A DNA stretch of 37,220 nucleotides from assembly GCA_038882655.1 (NCBI GenBank), contig JAVZNT010000010.1, positions 1 through 37,220 of the forward strand, given 5' to 3'. Positions 18,639 to 28,534 of this stretch are shown here, one piece after another. Under the pieces are notes generated by a model that was not told the origin of the DNA, searched no databases, and worked only from the letters and a program-made list of their open reading frames with translations. Numbering within the stretch: the first letter of the stretch is position 1; each line of letters opens with the position of its first letter. The position numbers and the translations under genes are program-made. This DNA is from Candidatus Bathyarchaeia archaeon. Lineage in GTDB: Archaea; Thermoproteota; Bathyarchaeia; Bathyarchaeales; Bathycorpusculaceae.

Positions 18639-19514
18639 TTGCCAAAGTATAAGGCGTACGCCATAACAACAAAGTACTGGCGACCCGGAGAAGACTACAT
18701 AAGGCAGATAATCAAAAGTATTGAGGGAAAGGTTTCAGACGGAGACTTTGTGGTTATATCGGAAAAAGCCATTGCAACAGCCACCGGCAATATTGTGGAC
18801 GAGAGCAAGGTGCAGCCAAGCCTAAACGCAAAAATCATCGCCAGACTTTGGATGCCGCTTGTTTGGGGCTATTTTCTCGGTTCAATGTGCCACTTGCGGA
18901 GAAAACTCATCGAAAGGCTTCGAGACTATCCACGAGACGCTGGAAGCCGCCACAAACAGGTCGCCCTACAATATGCGGGTTTACTGCAAGCCCTAATGTT
19001 TGGCTCTGAAGGAGGCATAGACGGAACAAATCTTCCATACGCCTATGTTTGCCTACCATTAAAAAATGCCCAAGCCATAGCCGAAAAAATACAAAGAAAA
19101 ATCCATGAAGCGCTTGGAAGAAAAGTCTGCGTCATAATTGCCGACACAGACAAGACGTACTCTTTTAGAAATTTTCATTTCACGCCTAGACCAAAACCAA
19201 TAAAGGGGATCAAAAGTTTCGGCGGCTTCATAGCCTACATTGTTGGGCGAATGATGAAGCTGAAAAGAGGAGCAACTCCAATAGCGGTAATTGGACGCCA
19301 AATTTCAATAAAAGAGGCATTAACAATTGCAGAACTCGCAAACCGTGCTAGAGGCTATGGAGCTGGCAGAACCGTCTGGGACATGGCTGAAAAATTCAAA
19401 GTTGACTTGGCTGAAGTAAGCTGGGAGATGCTGGAAAAAATAAAACATAAACCAATAGTAATAGTACGTGTGGCTTATTCTAACAAAACCCCACAAGCCC
19501 CCCAAGGGCACTAG
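18639..19514 (+). CDS. CofE-like (F420:glutamate ligase family) protein
   Basis: VVISEKA, GGIDGTN, VIIADTD motifs of the CofE fold; TTG start. Confidence 0.75.
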   Translation: MPKYKAYAITTKYWRPGEDYIRQIIKSIEGKVSDGDFVVISEKAIATATGNIVDESKVQPSLNAKIIARLWMPLVWGYFLGSMCHLRRKLIERLRDYPRDAGSRHKQVALQYAGLLQALMFGSEGGIDGTNLPYAYVCLPLKNAQAIAEKIQRKIHEALGRKVCVIIADTDKTYSFRNFHFTPRPKPIKGIKSFGGFIAYIVGRMMKLKRGATPIAVIGRQISIKEALTIAELANRARGYGAGRTVWDMAEKFKVDLAEVSWEMLEKIKHKPIVIVRVAYSNKTPQAPQGH

Positions 19515-19647
19515 AAACATAAATATGCGCACGCTAAAAAATGCCTATATGGAATAAGACGCTAGTTGTGGGATGTGGGTTGTTGTTTGGAAATTGGCGG
19601 TATATGCTGCATAAAAGAGTTATTTGCTCTAGCTGTAAGTGGTTTTT

Positions 19648-20427
19648 ATGAAGGTGGCTGTTTCTGGTAAGGGTGGTGTTGGCAAGACTCTTGTTGCTGG
19701 CGGTTTGGCTTATGCCCTAGCCAAAAGAGGGTTTAAGACTATTGCTATTGATGCTGATCCTTCGCCTAACCTTGCTTTAACTTTGGGTTTATCCTCTGAA
19801 GAAGCCAGCCGCATCGTGCCCGTATCCGAGAATAAGCAGCTTATTGAGGCGAAGACGAGTACTGGTTATGCTGGTGTTTTCCGATTGACATTCACTGTTG
19901 ATGATATTGTTTGGGACTACGCCGTTAAAACGCCTTTAGGCGTGAACCTAATTGTTATGGGAACTGTGCGTTCTGTTGGGGCTGGATGCACTTGTCCAGC
20001 TAATGCTGTTGTTCGTTCGCTTTTGAGGCACTTGGTCGTTGAGCGGGGCGAGGCTGTTGTCTTGGACATGGAGGCCGGCATTGAGCACATGGGACGTGGT
20101 ACAGCAAGACACGTGGACGTTATGCTTGTTGTTGTTAACGCAAATGTGAAGGCTCTTGAAACAGCCAAACGCATTCACGATTTAGGCGCGAAAGCCGAAA
20201 TGAAACGCGTTCTACTTGTCGGAAATAAAATTGAAAATGAGGTTCAAAGAGAGGCTGTTGAAGCCTTCGCCAACGCAAATGGTTTAGAGGTTCTGGATTT
20301 TCTTCCCTTCGACCAGAAGGTTGTGGAGGCTGAAATGCGGGGAGAAACACCCCTAAAATATGGGGATATCCCAGCCATTAAAGCCATAGAAAGATTATGC
20401 GACAAGCTCTTGCAAGGCAACACCTAA
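19648..20427 (+). CDS. cooC: CODH/ACS nickel-insertion ATPase (CooC/AcsF)
   Basis: SGKGGVGKT, IDADP, GCTC, DMEAGIEHMGRG. Confidence 0.93.
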   Translation: MKVAVSGKGGVGKTLVAGGLAYALAKRGFKTIAIDADPSPNLALTLGLSSEEASRIVPVSENKQLIEAKTSTGYAGVFRLTFTVDDIVWDYAVKTPLGVNLIVMGTVRSVGAGCTCPANAVVRSLLRHLVVERGEAVVLDMEAGIEHMGRGTARHVDVMLVVVNANVKALETAKRIHDLGAKAEMKRVLLVGNKIENEVQREAVEAFANANGLEVLDFLPFDQKVVEAEMRGETPLKYGDIPAIKAIERLCDKLLQGNT

Positions 20428-20447
20428 TAATACCCGAAAATAATAAG

Positions 20448-21248
20448 ATGGACAGCCGCATTAAGGAGTTAAAAAACATGAAAATTCTCGTCACCATGGG
20501 GCGGGGAGGCACTGGAAAAACAAGCTTCGTAGCCCTAATGGCAAAATACTTCATAGAGTTGGGCGAGGCTCCACTGCTTCTTGTGGACGCCGACCCAGAC
20601 CAGAACTTGGGCGAGATGGTCGGCGTAGACCTCCACACAGCTGGTAAAAAATCAATTTCGGAACTTCTTGTGGAAACCTTTCTAGAAGGGGGCGGAACAA
20701 CTGTTGGAGTGCCGCCAACAGAGCGCATTGAAAGTCGAATTTGGGCTCATGGAATGTATGAAGGTGAAAACTTCGACTTTATTGCGCTTGGCACAAAGTG
20801 GGTTGAGGGATGCTATTGCCTACCAAACGCAGCCCTAAAAGGCGCTTTGGAGTCGCTAACAAAAAACTACAAATACGTCCTAATAGATTCGCCGGCTGGC
20901 TTAGAACACTTGAATAGGCGTATAACATCTAAGTTGGATGATATCTTCGACGTCATAGACCCTTCAAAAAAGTCCTTTGACCATGTGGAACGTGCTTATC
21001 GTGTGGCTAAAGAGGTTAAAATAGTCTTCCAAAACTTCTATGTTGTTGGCGGTTTCCGTTTTCCAGAAAGCCTAGAAAACCAAGCCAAGAAGGTTTTGCC
21101 TTTCAAGTTTTTGGGCAGGGTTGCCTACGACGAGAATGTTGAGGAGTACGTGCTCGCTGGAAAGTCTTTGCTTGGCGTATCACAAGAAACTCCAGCTTAC
21201 GTTTCTGTTAAAAACGTGATGAAGAATGCTGGTTATGGCAAGGCATAG
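20448..21248 (+). CDS. cooC: Second CooC/AcsF-family ATPase
   Basis: GRGGTGKT, VDADPD, GCYC, DSPAGLEHLNRR. Start ATG 20448 or 20478 (AAGGAG RBS). Confidence 0.9.
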   Translation: MDSRIKELKNMKILVTMGRGGTGKTSFVALMAKYFIELGEAPLLLVDADPDQNLGEMVGVDLHTAGKKSISELLVETFLEGGGTTVGVPPTERIESRIWAHGMYEGENFDFIALGTKWVEGCYCLPNAALKGALESLTKNYKYVLIDSPAGLEHLNRRITSKLDDIFDVIDPSKKSFDHVERAYRVAKEVKIVFQNFYVVGGFRFPESLENQAKKVLPFKFLGRVAYDENVEEYVLAGKSLLGVSQETPAYVSVKNVMKNAGYGKA

Positions 21249-21360
21249 CCTAACCTTCAAGTGTTTCTTTTATTTTCGAATTTCATGTGACGTTAGAGTG
21301 ACATTTTCTAGAAAAGCTTAAAATGTTGAGTACTGACATTAAAACCTTCTACTCTGGGTT

Positions 21361-23718
21361 GTGTTTACCTTGAGCAAGAAAGGGTTACATGTGAAAATTG
21401 GGGAAATGAAGACAGACCTTGGGCTTATTAAAAACCTTGAATTGTCCGTTGGCAAAATAGTTGAGGAAGCATGGGCTGAACCGATGGGGCCAACGCCTTT
21501 CCCATCGCTGACAGCCCTACGCGAATGGGACATGAAGCTTCTACAACGCTACAAGCCCTTTTATCTGCCATTCTGTGACGTCTGCTGCCTCTGCACTTTC
21601 GGCAAATGCGACCTAACCGGAAACAAGCGGGGTGCATGCGGCATAAACATGGCTGCCCAACAGTCCCGTATAGTGCTCCTAGCATGCTGCATAGGCGCTG
21701 CAACCCACACGGGGCATGCCCGCCACCTGGTGGAGCACCTAATTGAGAAATATAGTAGAAGAATGCCTCTAGACGTTGGCGGCTTGAACGTTCAAGTGGA
21801 AGCGCCAGTTACAAGACTTGTCTGTGGCGTTAAGCCGGAAACCATTGGCGACCTTGAAGAAATACTGGATTATGTGGAGACGCAGGTTACCCACTGCTTG
21901 TCCGTTTGCCACACTGGGCAAGAGGGCAGTAACCTTGACTTTGAGTCAAAAGTTTTCCAAGTGGGCATGTTAGACCATGTTGGCATGGAAGTGGCTGACA
22001 TTGCCCAAATAGCTGCTTACGGTTTTCCAAAGGCTGACCCTGACGCGCCGCTGGTGGATTTAGGCTATGGAACAGTGAACATTGAAAAGCCGGTAATCCT
22101 CTGTATAGGACATAATGTTGTTCCATCCGTGGGCATAATCGATTATATGAAGGAGAATAGACTGGACGGAGAAATAGAGGTTTGTGGTTTATGCTGCACA
22201 GCCCATGATATAACACGCTATTATAAACGGGGTAAAATTATTGGTCCGATTTCTTGGCAGTTGCGCTTCATAAGGAGCGGCGTTCCAGACGTTGTTGTTT
22301 TGGACGAGCAGTGTATCCGAACAGACTCCTTCTATGAGGCACAGCGGATTAAGGCTCCTGTTATTGTGGCTTCTGAGAAGAACTGCATGGGATTGCCAAA
22401 CCGCACAAACGACCCAGCAGACGCCATAGTTGAAGACCTTATAAGCGGCAAAATCCCAGGAGCATTAATCCTAGACCCAGAAAAAGTGGGCGAAGTCGCA
22501 GTTAAAGTAGCTTTGAAAGTTGCACCTTTGAGGAAGAAGTTTAAGGCTATTCCAGAGGTGGATGAAGTTCTGCAAAAGGCAAAGGAGTGTAGGCAGTGCG
22601 GAGACTGCCGCAGAGCTTGCCCCCAAGACTTGCATATTCCAGAAGCCATGAAAGCTGCTATGGAAGGCTCATTGACTAAGCTTGCAGAATTATACGACTT
22701 ATGCGTTGGTTGTGGACGATGCGAGGAAGCATGCCCAGTAGGCTTGCAAATCCACAGCTTCATTGTTAAGGCTGGAGAGAAGAAGCTTAAAGAGGAAACC
22801 TACAAGGTGAGGGCTGGAAGAGGTCCCATACAAGACGTGGAAATCCGGAATGTTGGAAGCCCGATAGTGCTCGGTGAAATCCCCGGCGTTATAGCCTTCG
22901 TTGGATGCGCTAACTACCCGAAGGGCGGAATAGAAGTTGCGGAGATGTGTCGCGAATTCGCCAATAGGCGTTACATAGTTGTCACTTCTGGATGTGCCGC
23001 TATGACAGCTGGCATGTACAAGAACGAGGAAGGCAAAACACCTTATGAAGAGTTTACAGGTGAGTTTACGGCTGGATGCATGGTAAATGTTGGTTCATGT
23101 GTAGCTAACGCGCATATTGCTGGCGCCGCCATAAAAATTGCTAACATCTTTGCCAAGAGGAATTTGAGAGCCAATTACGAGGAGATTGCCGACTACATCC
23201 TCAATCGTGTAGGAGCCGTGGGCGTTGCATGGGGAGCTTACTCACAAAAAGCTGCTTCAATAGCGTCAGGCTTCTGGCGTTTAGGCGTTCCAGTGATTGT
23301 TGGTCCCCACGGCATAAAGTATAGGCGCATGTTGTTGGGAAGGGCTGACCGCGAAGAAGATTGGTACGTTTATGACGCCAGGACTGGCGAAAAAGTTTAT
23401 GTTGGACCAGCGCCGGAGCACCTGTTCTACACGGCTGAAACTAAGGAGGAAGCCATGGTTATGATTGCTAAGCTTTGTATGCGTCCCAACGATACAACGA
23501 AAGGACGCGCAATAAAGCTGACACATTATATAGATTTGCATAAGCGCTTGTATGGAACAATGCCCGAAGACATCCACCGTTTCGTGCGGACAGTCGCTGA
23601 CATACCAGTGACAATGAAGGATGAAATCATAAAGATCCTAGAGGAGAAGGGCTGGAAAGAGACTGTCATACCAGACCCGACGCTTTTGCCTAGGCTTATA
23701 AGGAAGAGGAAGGAGTGA
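21361..23718 (+). CDS. cdhA: ACDS complex alpha subunit (CO dehydrogenase)
   Basis: CCLCTFGKC; C-cluster ligands IGHN, GLCCT, DEQC, VGC, SGC, GSC; two CxxCxxCxxxCP motifs. True start may be TTG 21370. Confidence 0.97.
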   Translation: MFTLSKKGLHVKIGEMKTDLGLIKNLELSVGKIVEEAWAEPMGPTPFPSLTALREWDMKLLQRYKPFYLPFCDVCCLCTFGKCDLTGNKRGACGINMAAQQSRIVLLACCIGAATHTGHARHLVEHLIEKYSRRMPLDVGGLNVQVEAPVTRLVCGVKPETIGDLEEILDYVETQVTHCLSVCHTGQEGSNLDFESKVFQVGMLDHVGMEVADIAQIAAYGFPKADPDAPLVDLGYGTVNIEKPVILCIGHNVVPSVGIIDYMKENRLDGEIEVCGLCCTAHDITRYYKRGKIIGPISWQLRFIRSGVPDVVVLDEQCIRTDSFYEAQRIKAPVIVASEKNCMGLPNRTNDPADAIVEDLISGKIPGALILDPEKVGEVAVKVALKVAPLRKKFKAIPEVDEVLQKAKECRQCGDCRRACPQDLHIPEAMKAAMEGSLTKLAELYDLCVGCGRCEEACPVGLQIHSFIVKAGEKKLKEETYKVRAGRGPIQDVEIRNVGSPIVLGEIPGVIAFVGCANYPKGGIEVAEMCREFANRRYIVVTSGCAAMTAGMYKNEEGKTPYEEFTGEFTAGCMVNVGSCVANAHIAGAAIKIANIFAKRNLRANYEEIADYILNRVGAVGVAWGAYSQKAASIASGFWRLGVPVIVGPHGIKYRRMLLGRADREEDWYVYDARTGEKVYVGPAPEHLFYTAETKEEAMVMIAKLCMRPNDTTKGRAIKLTHYIDLHKRLYGTMPEDIHRFVRTVADIPVTMKDEIIKILEEKGWKETVIPDPTLLPRLIRKRKE

Positions 23719-23733
23719 TAGGGGTGAGCGTTT

Positions 23734-24264
23734 ATGGCGGCTGAACCTTGGCAAACAGCTGAAATCCCGGGACCCAAAAAGGCTTTGGTTATTACGAAAC
23801 CTGAAGTTGTTGCTGCCATGATTAAGAGGGCTAAGCATCCAGTGCTTGTTGTTGGGCATAAGGCGGCTGAAACAGACTTTGATGGTGGAAACCTCATAGA
23901 CTTCATTATTGAGTTTTCAAAAAAGAGCGGCATTCCCGTTGTGGCGACAGCCCACATGATAGGCGAGTTCACAAAACGAGGTTTTAAGCCTGCTGCCTTT
24001 ATGCCGGCAGTGGATATTGGAAATCGCCTTGTTGACCCAGATTGGGCTGGCGTTGATGGCAAGGGACAACATGACTTAGCCTTGTTTGTTGGGCTCTACT
24101 ACTACATGGAATGGACGATTTTGTCGGGGCTGAAGCACTTCGCCCAACACTTGAAGACTATCTCTTTGGATAATGTTTATCATCCCCATGCAAGTTGGTC
24201 TTTCCCAAACCTTTCCCACGAGGAGTGGGTGAAAAACCTTAAAGTCATAATAGAGAAAGTTTGA
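23734..24264 (+). CDS. cdhB: ACDS complex epsilon subunit
   Basis: MIKRAKHP, DPDWAGVDGKGQHDL, SWSFPN; lies between cdhA and cdhC. Confidence 0.95.
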   Translation: MAAEPWQTAEIPGPKKALVITKPEVVAAMIKRAKHPVLVVGHKAAETDFDGGNLIDFIIEFSKKSGIPVVATAHMIGEFTKRGFKPAAFMPAVDIGNRLVDPDWAGVDGKGQHDLALFVGLYYYMEWTILSGLKHFAQHLKTISLDNVYHPHASWSFPNLSHEEWVKNLKVIIEKV

Positions 24265-24281
24265 AGGAGGCGAAATAAAAA

Positions 24282-25703
24282 ATGAGCATGTTTCAGGACA
24301 TACCCGTCGACGTGGGCGTAATCTACGAGGGCGAACGCATCCGAAGAAAAGACATGTACGTGGAGCTCGGCGGACCGGACGTCAAAGAAAAATTCGAATT
24401 AGCAAGAGTCAAAAAGCCAGAGGAAGTTGAAGACGGAAAAATAACCATCATCGGACCGGACATTAAGGACATGGAGGAGGGCAAAACCTACCCGTTTGGC
24501 ATTCTTATCGAAGTGACTGGTGCCAAACTTGAGCCAGAGCTGGAAGGCGTTATTGAGAGGCGTATCCACGCCTACTGCAACTATATTGAGGGTTTTATGC
24601 ACCTAAACCAGCGCTACGACATTTGGCTTAGGCTCGGTAAGAAGTCCTACCAGAAGGGCTTAAACTCCTTTCAATATATTGGCAAGGTTTTGCATAGGCT
24701 GTTTAAGAGCGAACTCCCAATAATCGAGAAAATGCAAGTAACCTTCATAACCGACGCCGAGAAAGTAAAGGAGCTTTATCCCCAAGCACTACAGATTTAC
24801 GAGGCAAGAGACGCCCGAGCTAGGGGGCTTAAAGACGAGGAAGTGGACAAGTTTTATGGCTGCATCTTATGCCAGTCTTTCGCGCCAACCCACTGCTGTG
24901 TAATAACACCACAGCGCTACTCAAACTGCGGCGCTATAAGCTGGTTTGACGCTAGAGCTTCAGCCAACATAGACCCAAAAGGACCCATATTCGAAATTAA
25001 CAGAGGCGAGCTATCAGAACCCGTCAAGGGCGAGTATTTGGGTGTAAACGAGGCTGTTAAAAAGCGAACCTTAGGCGAGATAACCCGCGTCTGGCTTTAC
25101 ACAGCTTTTGGCTATCCACACACCTCGTGTGGCTGTTTTGAAGGCGTTGCCTTCTACATTCCAGAGGTTGACGGCTTCGGCATAGTCCACAGAGGCTACA
25201 AGGAAGTAACCGTGAATGGTTTAGCCTTCTCAACTTTGGCGGACTCGACGGCTGGCGGACGTCAAGTGGACGGTTTCCACGGCATATCCATCGAGTACAT
25301 GCGTTCTCCGAAGTTTTTGCAAGCTGACGGCGGCTACAAACGTGTCGTCTGGATGCCAAAAGAAGTTAAAGAGCGTGTTAAGAGCTTTATTCCAGCAGAG
25401 CTTGTGGACAAAATCGCCACAGAAGAGGACGCCAAAACCATCGACGAGTTGAAGGCTTTTCTAAATGAGCGAAACCACCCGGTTGTTGAGCGCTGGAAAG
25501 AAGAGGTTGTAGCCGTTCCGGAAGCTGTTCCAGCAGAAGCTGAAGCGCGGGAGGAAGCCGCACCAGCAATGGTGCCAACAATAACTGCGGCAACACTGCC
25601 AATAACCGCTGGCGGATACAAAATCATACTGAAGGACGCCAAAATCTACGCCAAACGTGTCATAATTCGTTCTGTTAAAAGCGAGAAACCAGAGAAAAGG
25701 TGA
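24282..25703 (+). CDS. cdhC: ACDS complex beta subunit (acetyl-CoA synthase)
   Basis: YEGERIR, MHLNQR, CILCQSFAPTH, CGAISW, PHTSCGCFE. Confidence 0.97.
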   Translation: MSMFQDIPVDVGVIYEGERIRRKDMYVELGGPDVKEKFELARVKKPEEVEDGKITIIGPDIKDMEEGKTYPFGILIEVTGAKLEPELEGVIERRIHAYCNYIEGFMHLNQRYDIWLRLGKKSYQKGLNSFQYIGKVLHRLFKSELPIIEKMQVTFITDAEKVKELYPQALQIYEARDARARGLKDEEVDKFYGCILCQSFAPTHCCVITPQRYSNCGAISWFDARASANIDPKGPIFEINRGELSEPVKGEYLGVNEAVKKRTLGEITRVWLYTAFGYPHTSCGCFEGVAFYIPEVDGFGIVHRGYKEVTVNGLAFSTLADSTAGGRQVDGFHGISIEYMRSPKFLQADGGYKRVVWMPKEVKERVKSFIPAELVDKIATEEDAKTIDELKAFLNERNHPVVERWKEEVVAVPEAVPAEAEAREEAAPAMVPTITAATLPITAGGYKIILKDAKIYAKRVIIRSVKSEKPEKR

Positions 25704-25710
25704 AAGAAAC

Positions 25711-26934
25711 TTGGGTGAAAAAAAGGAGAAAGACGAAAGTGTTTTAGGGTTAAAGCTGAACTCGCGGCTGCTGGAGCTTCTGGCAAAGCTTCAGGAGATC
25801 GAACTTGAAGACTTTGAGATGGAGGTTGGCGACCTAGAGATTTGGCTTCAGCCTGGCACTGTTGCGGCTCCAGTGATTGCGCCGCCAAAAGTGTCCCCGC
25901 CAGTTAAGGCTAAGCCAACCCAAATAATTGAGGCTGAATTTATTCCGCCAATTGAAACCTATCCGGGTAAAGTTGTGGAAGTCAAGCTTGGAGCCACAAA
26001 AAGCGAGGGTGGAACAAGGGGCAAAACAGTGATTATCGGCGGCGAAACCACTCCAGCTTTCTACACTTTTGAGAGACCCACACCACATCTGCCAGTAATA
26101 TCCCTTGACGTTTTTGACATGGAAGTCCCGCTTGCCAAGGCTGTGAAGATGCATGTTAAGGATGTTTTAGGCGACCCGGCGGCTTGGGCTAAATTGGCTG
26201 TTGAAAAGTTCGGTGCAGACATGATAACCATCCACCTAATCAGTATCGACCCGCTTGTTAAGGATGCCTCGCCAAAAGAGGCTGTTAAAACCGTTGAGGC
26301 TGTTGCGCAAGCGGTGGATGTGCCACTTGTGATTGGTGGTTGTGGTGACCCTGTGAAGGACGCGGATGTTTTCCAAGAGGTAGCTGAAACTTTTGCTGGC
26401 GAGCGTTTCTTGATTAGCTCTATTACTCGGGATATGGATGTTGAACGTTGCGCCAAATTCGTTAGGAAGAATGGGCATGTGGCACTTTCGTTCACGCCTA
26501 TGGACTTGAACCTGGCTAGAGAGTTAAACCGTCGACTATACGATTTTCTGCCAAAAGAGGACATTGTCATGGACTTGACAACAGCGGCTTTGGGCTACGG
26601 TTTAGACTACGCCTTTACAAATATGGAGAGAGCTCGTCTGGCGGCTTTGATGGGCGACCCTGAGCTGGCGCATCCCATGTCTTCTGGAACAACCAACGCT
26701 TGGGCAGCCCGTGAGGCTTGGCTGAAGATGGCTCCGGAATGGGAGCCTCGTGAGCTTAGGGGTCCGTTGTGGGAGGTTGTTACAGCTTTGGCGCTTCTGC
26801 TGGCTGGTGTTGACCTTTTCATGATGATGCATCCAGCTGCTGTTAAGACAGTTAAGGATGTTATAGCTCAGCTTATGGGCAGCAAGTCTGGCAATGCTAA
26901 TAGGCTTGTTGAGTGGGTTACTGCCAAAGTTTAG
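25711..26934 (+). CDS. cdhD: ACDS complex delta subunit (CoFeSP small subunit)
   Basis: LGATKSEGGTR, ALGYGLDY, MERARLAALMGD, NAWAAREAW, MMHP. Confidence 0.97.
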   Translation: MGEKKEKDESVLGLKLNSRLLELLAKLQEIELEDFEMEVGDLEIWLQPGTVAAPVIAPPKVSPPVKAKPTQIIEAEFIPPIETYPGKVVEVKLGATKSEGGTRGKTVIIGGETTPAFYTFERPTPHLPVISLDVFDMEVPLAKAVKMHVKDVLGDPAAWAKLAVEKFGADMITIHLISIDPLVKDASPKEAVKTVEAVAQAVDVPLVIGGCGDPVKDADVFQEVAETFAGERFLISSITRDMDVERCAKFVRKNGHVALSFTPMDLNLARELNRRLYDFLPKEDIVMDLTTAALGYGLDYAFTNMERARLAALMGDPELAHPMSSGTTNAWAAREAWLKMAPEWEPRELRGPLWEVVTALALLLAGVDLFMMMHPAAVKTVKDVIAQLMGSKSGNANRLVEWVTAKV

Positions 26935-26957
26935 GCGTTTAATGGAGGTTTAGGCAG

Positions 26958-28394
26958 ATGAGTGGAAAGGAAGGTAAAGGCAAGGTTGGCGTTAAGGAAC
27001 TCAGCCCAATAGACGTTTACAAGCTTCTGCCCCGTACAAACTGTAAGGAGTGCGGCGAAGAAAACTGCATGGCTTTTGCCACGAAAGTAGTGAACCGCGA
27101 AGTCCCCGTTGAGAAATGCACGCCGCTTTTGAAGAAGGAGTTTGAGAAAGCCTACAAACAGCTTAAGGAGATGCTTAAACCAGCCATAAAAGAGGTTGTT
27201 GTTGGCACAGGCGAAGGGGCTGTTAAAATTGGCGGAAAACTTGTCCTGTACCGCCACGAGCTTACGTACTTTAACCCAACAGCCATAGCCATAGACGTGA
27301 CAGACGAAATGCCACAAGAAGAAATCCTAAGCCGAATTAAACGAGTTGAAGAGTTCCGCTACGAATACATAGGACAAATTTTAAAACTGGACATGATTGC
27401 GGTTCGCTCCACTTCTAACGACCCTGACAAGTTTAAGGCAACAGTGCGCAAAGTAGCTGAAAACACCAAACTGCCCATGATTCTATGCTCACTGAACCCA
27501 ACAGTTCTCGAAGCTGGCTTAATGGCGGCACCAAAAGCAAGACCGCTACTATATGCAGCTACGAAGGATAATTGGAGGGAGATGGCTGAACTAGCCCTAA
27601 TGTACGGCTGCCCACTAACAGTTTTTGCGCCTAACAACCTCAAACTTTTAAAGTCTTTAGCGAAGACGCTTCTTGAATATGGCGTAGAAGACCTCGTTCT
27701 GGACCCTGGCACTTTTGCTGGCGACGGATTGGCTGATACGCTTAACAATTTCACTATTATTAGGCGTTTAGCTTGTAAGCAAGGCGATGAGCTTTTAGGC
27801 TTTCCATTAATGGGCGTTCCCATGACCGTTTGGCTTGAAAGTGCCGGAATAGCCACAGAAATCGTCAAGTGGAGAGAAGCCTATTTAGCAGCCATGCTGA
27901 CAGTGCGTTTCGCCGACATCCTCGTAATGCACAGCCTAGACGGTTGGGCGCTCTTACCAAACGTTGTTCTAAGAGCAAACATTTACACGGACCCCCGCAA
28001 GCCAGTAGCTGTAGAACCTGGATTGAAAGTTTTTGGCGCTCCGAACGAGAATTCGCCGGTCATGTTCACAACCAACTTCGCCTTAACCTACTACACAGTA
28101 GCATCAGACATAGAATCAGCAAAAGTAAACGCCTATCTGCTAGTGGTGGATACAGAAGGCATAGCAGTAGACAGCGCAGTAGCCGGACGAAAACTAACAG
28201 CGGAAAAAGTAGCTGAAGCAATAAAGGCTTCTGGCATAGAAAACAAGGTAAAACACAGAAAACTCATAATTCCGGGGAAGGCGGCACGCCTAAGCGGAGA
28301 AATAGAAGAGCTAAGCGGATGGCAAGTCCTAGTCGGCCCAAGAGACTCATCAGAAATTCCAAAATTCCTACAAGAAAAATGGCAAAACCTTTAA
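26958..28394 (+). CDS. cdhE: ACDS complex gamma subunit (CoFeSP large subunit)
   Basis: LPRTNCKECGEENCMAFA, IYTDPRKP, TTNFALTY, VGPRDSS. Confidence 0.97.
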   Translation: MSGKEGKGKVGVKELSPIDVYKLLPRTNCKECGEENCMAFATKVVNREVPVEKCTPLLKKEFEKAYKQLKEMLKPAIKEVVVGTGEGAVKIGGKLVLYRHELTYFNPTAIAIDVTDEMPQEEILSRIKRVEEFRYEYIGQILKLDMIAVRSTSNDPDKFKATVRKVAENTKLPMILCSLNPTVLEAGLMAAPKARPLLYAATKDNWREMAELALMYGCPLTVFAPNNLKLLKSLAKTLLEYGVEDLVLDPGTFAGDGLADTLNNFTIIRRLACKQGDELLGFPLMGVPMTVWLESAGIATEIVKWREAYLAAMLTVRFADILVMHSLDGWALLPNVVLRANIYTDPRKPVAVEPGLKVFGAPNENSPVMFTTNFALTYYTVASDIESAKVNAYLLVVDTEGIAVDSAVAGRKLTAEKVAEAIKASGIENKVKHRKLIIPGKAARLSGEIEELSGWQVLVGPRDSSEIPKFLQEKWQNL

Positions 28395-28411
28395 ACCCTC
28401 TTTCTCCTTTT
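28395..28411 (+). terminator. Pyrimidine/T-rich archaeal terminator after cdhE
   Basis: accctctttctcctttt immediately after the TAA stop. Confidence 0.5.
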
Positions 28412-28534
28412 GGAAGAAAGGTTGTTAACAAATACTTACACGCAAAATTGGTAGGCAAATAGCTTCCACATAAGGAAGTTCCCAAAAAAATTAAATTCTT
28501 AAACCGTAGAATAAACTATTAGGGGAAGGGAGCA

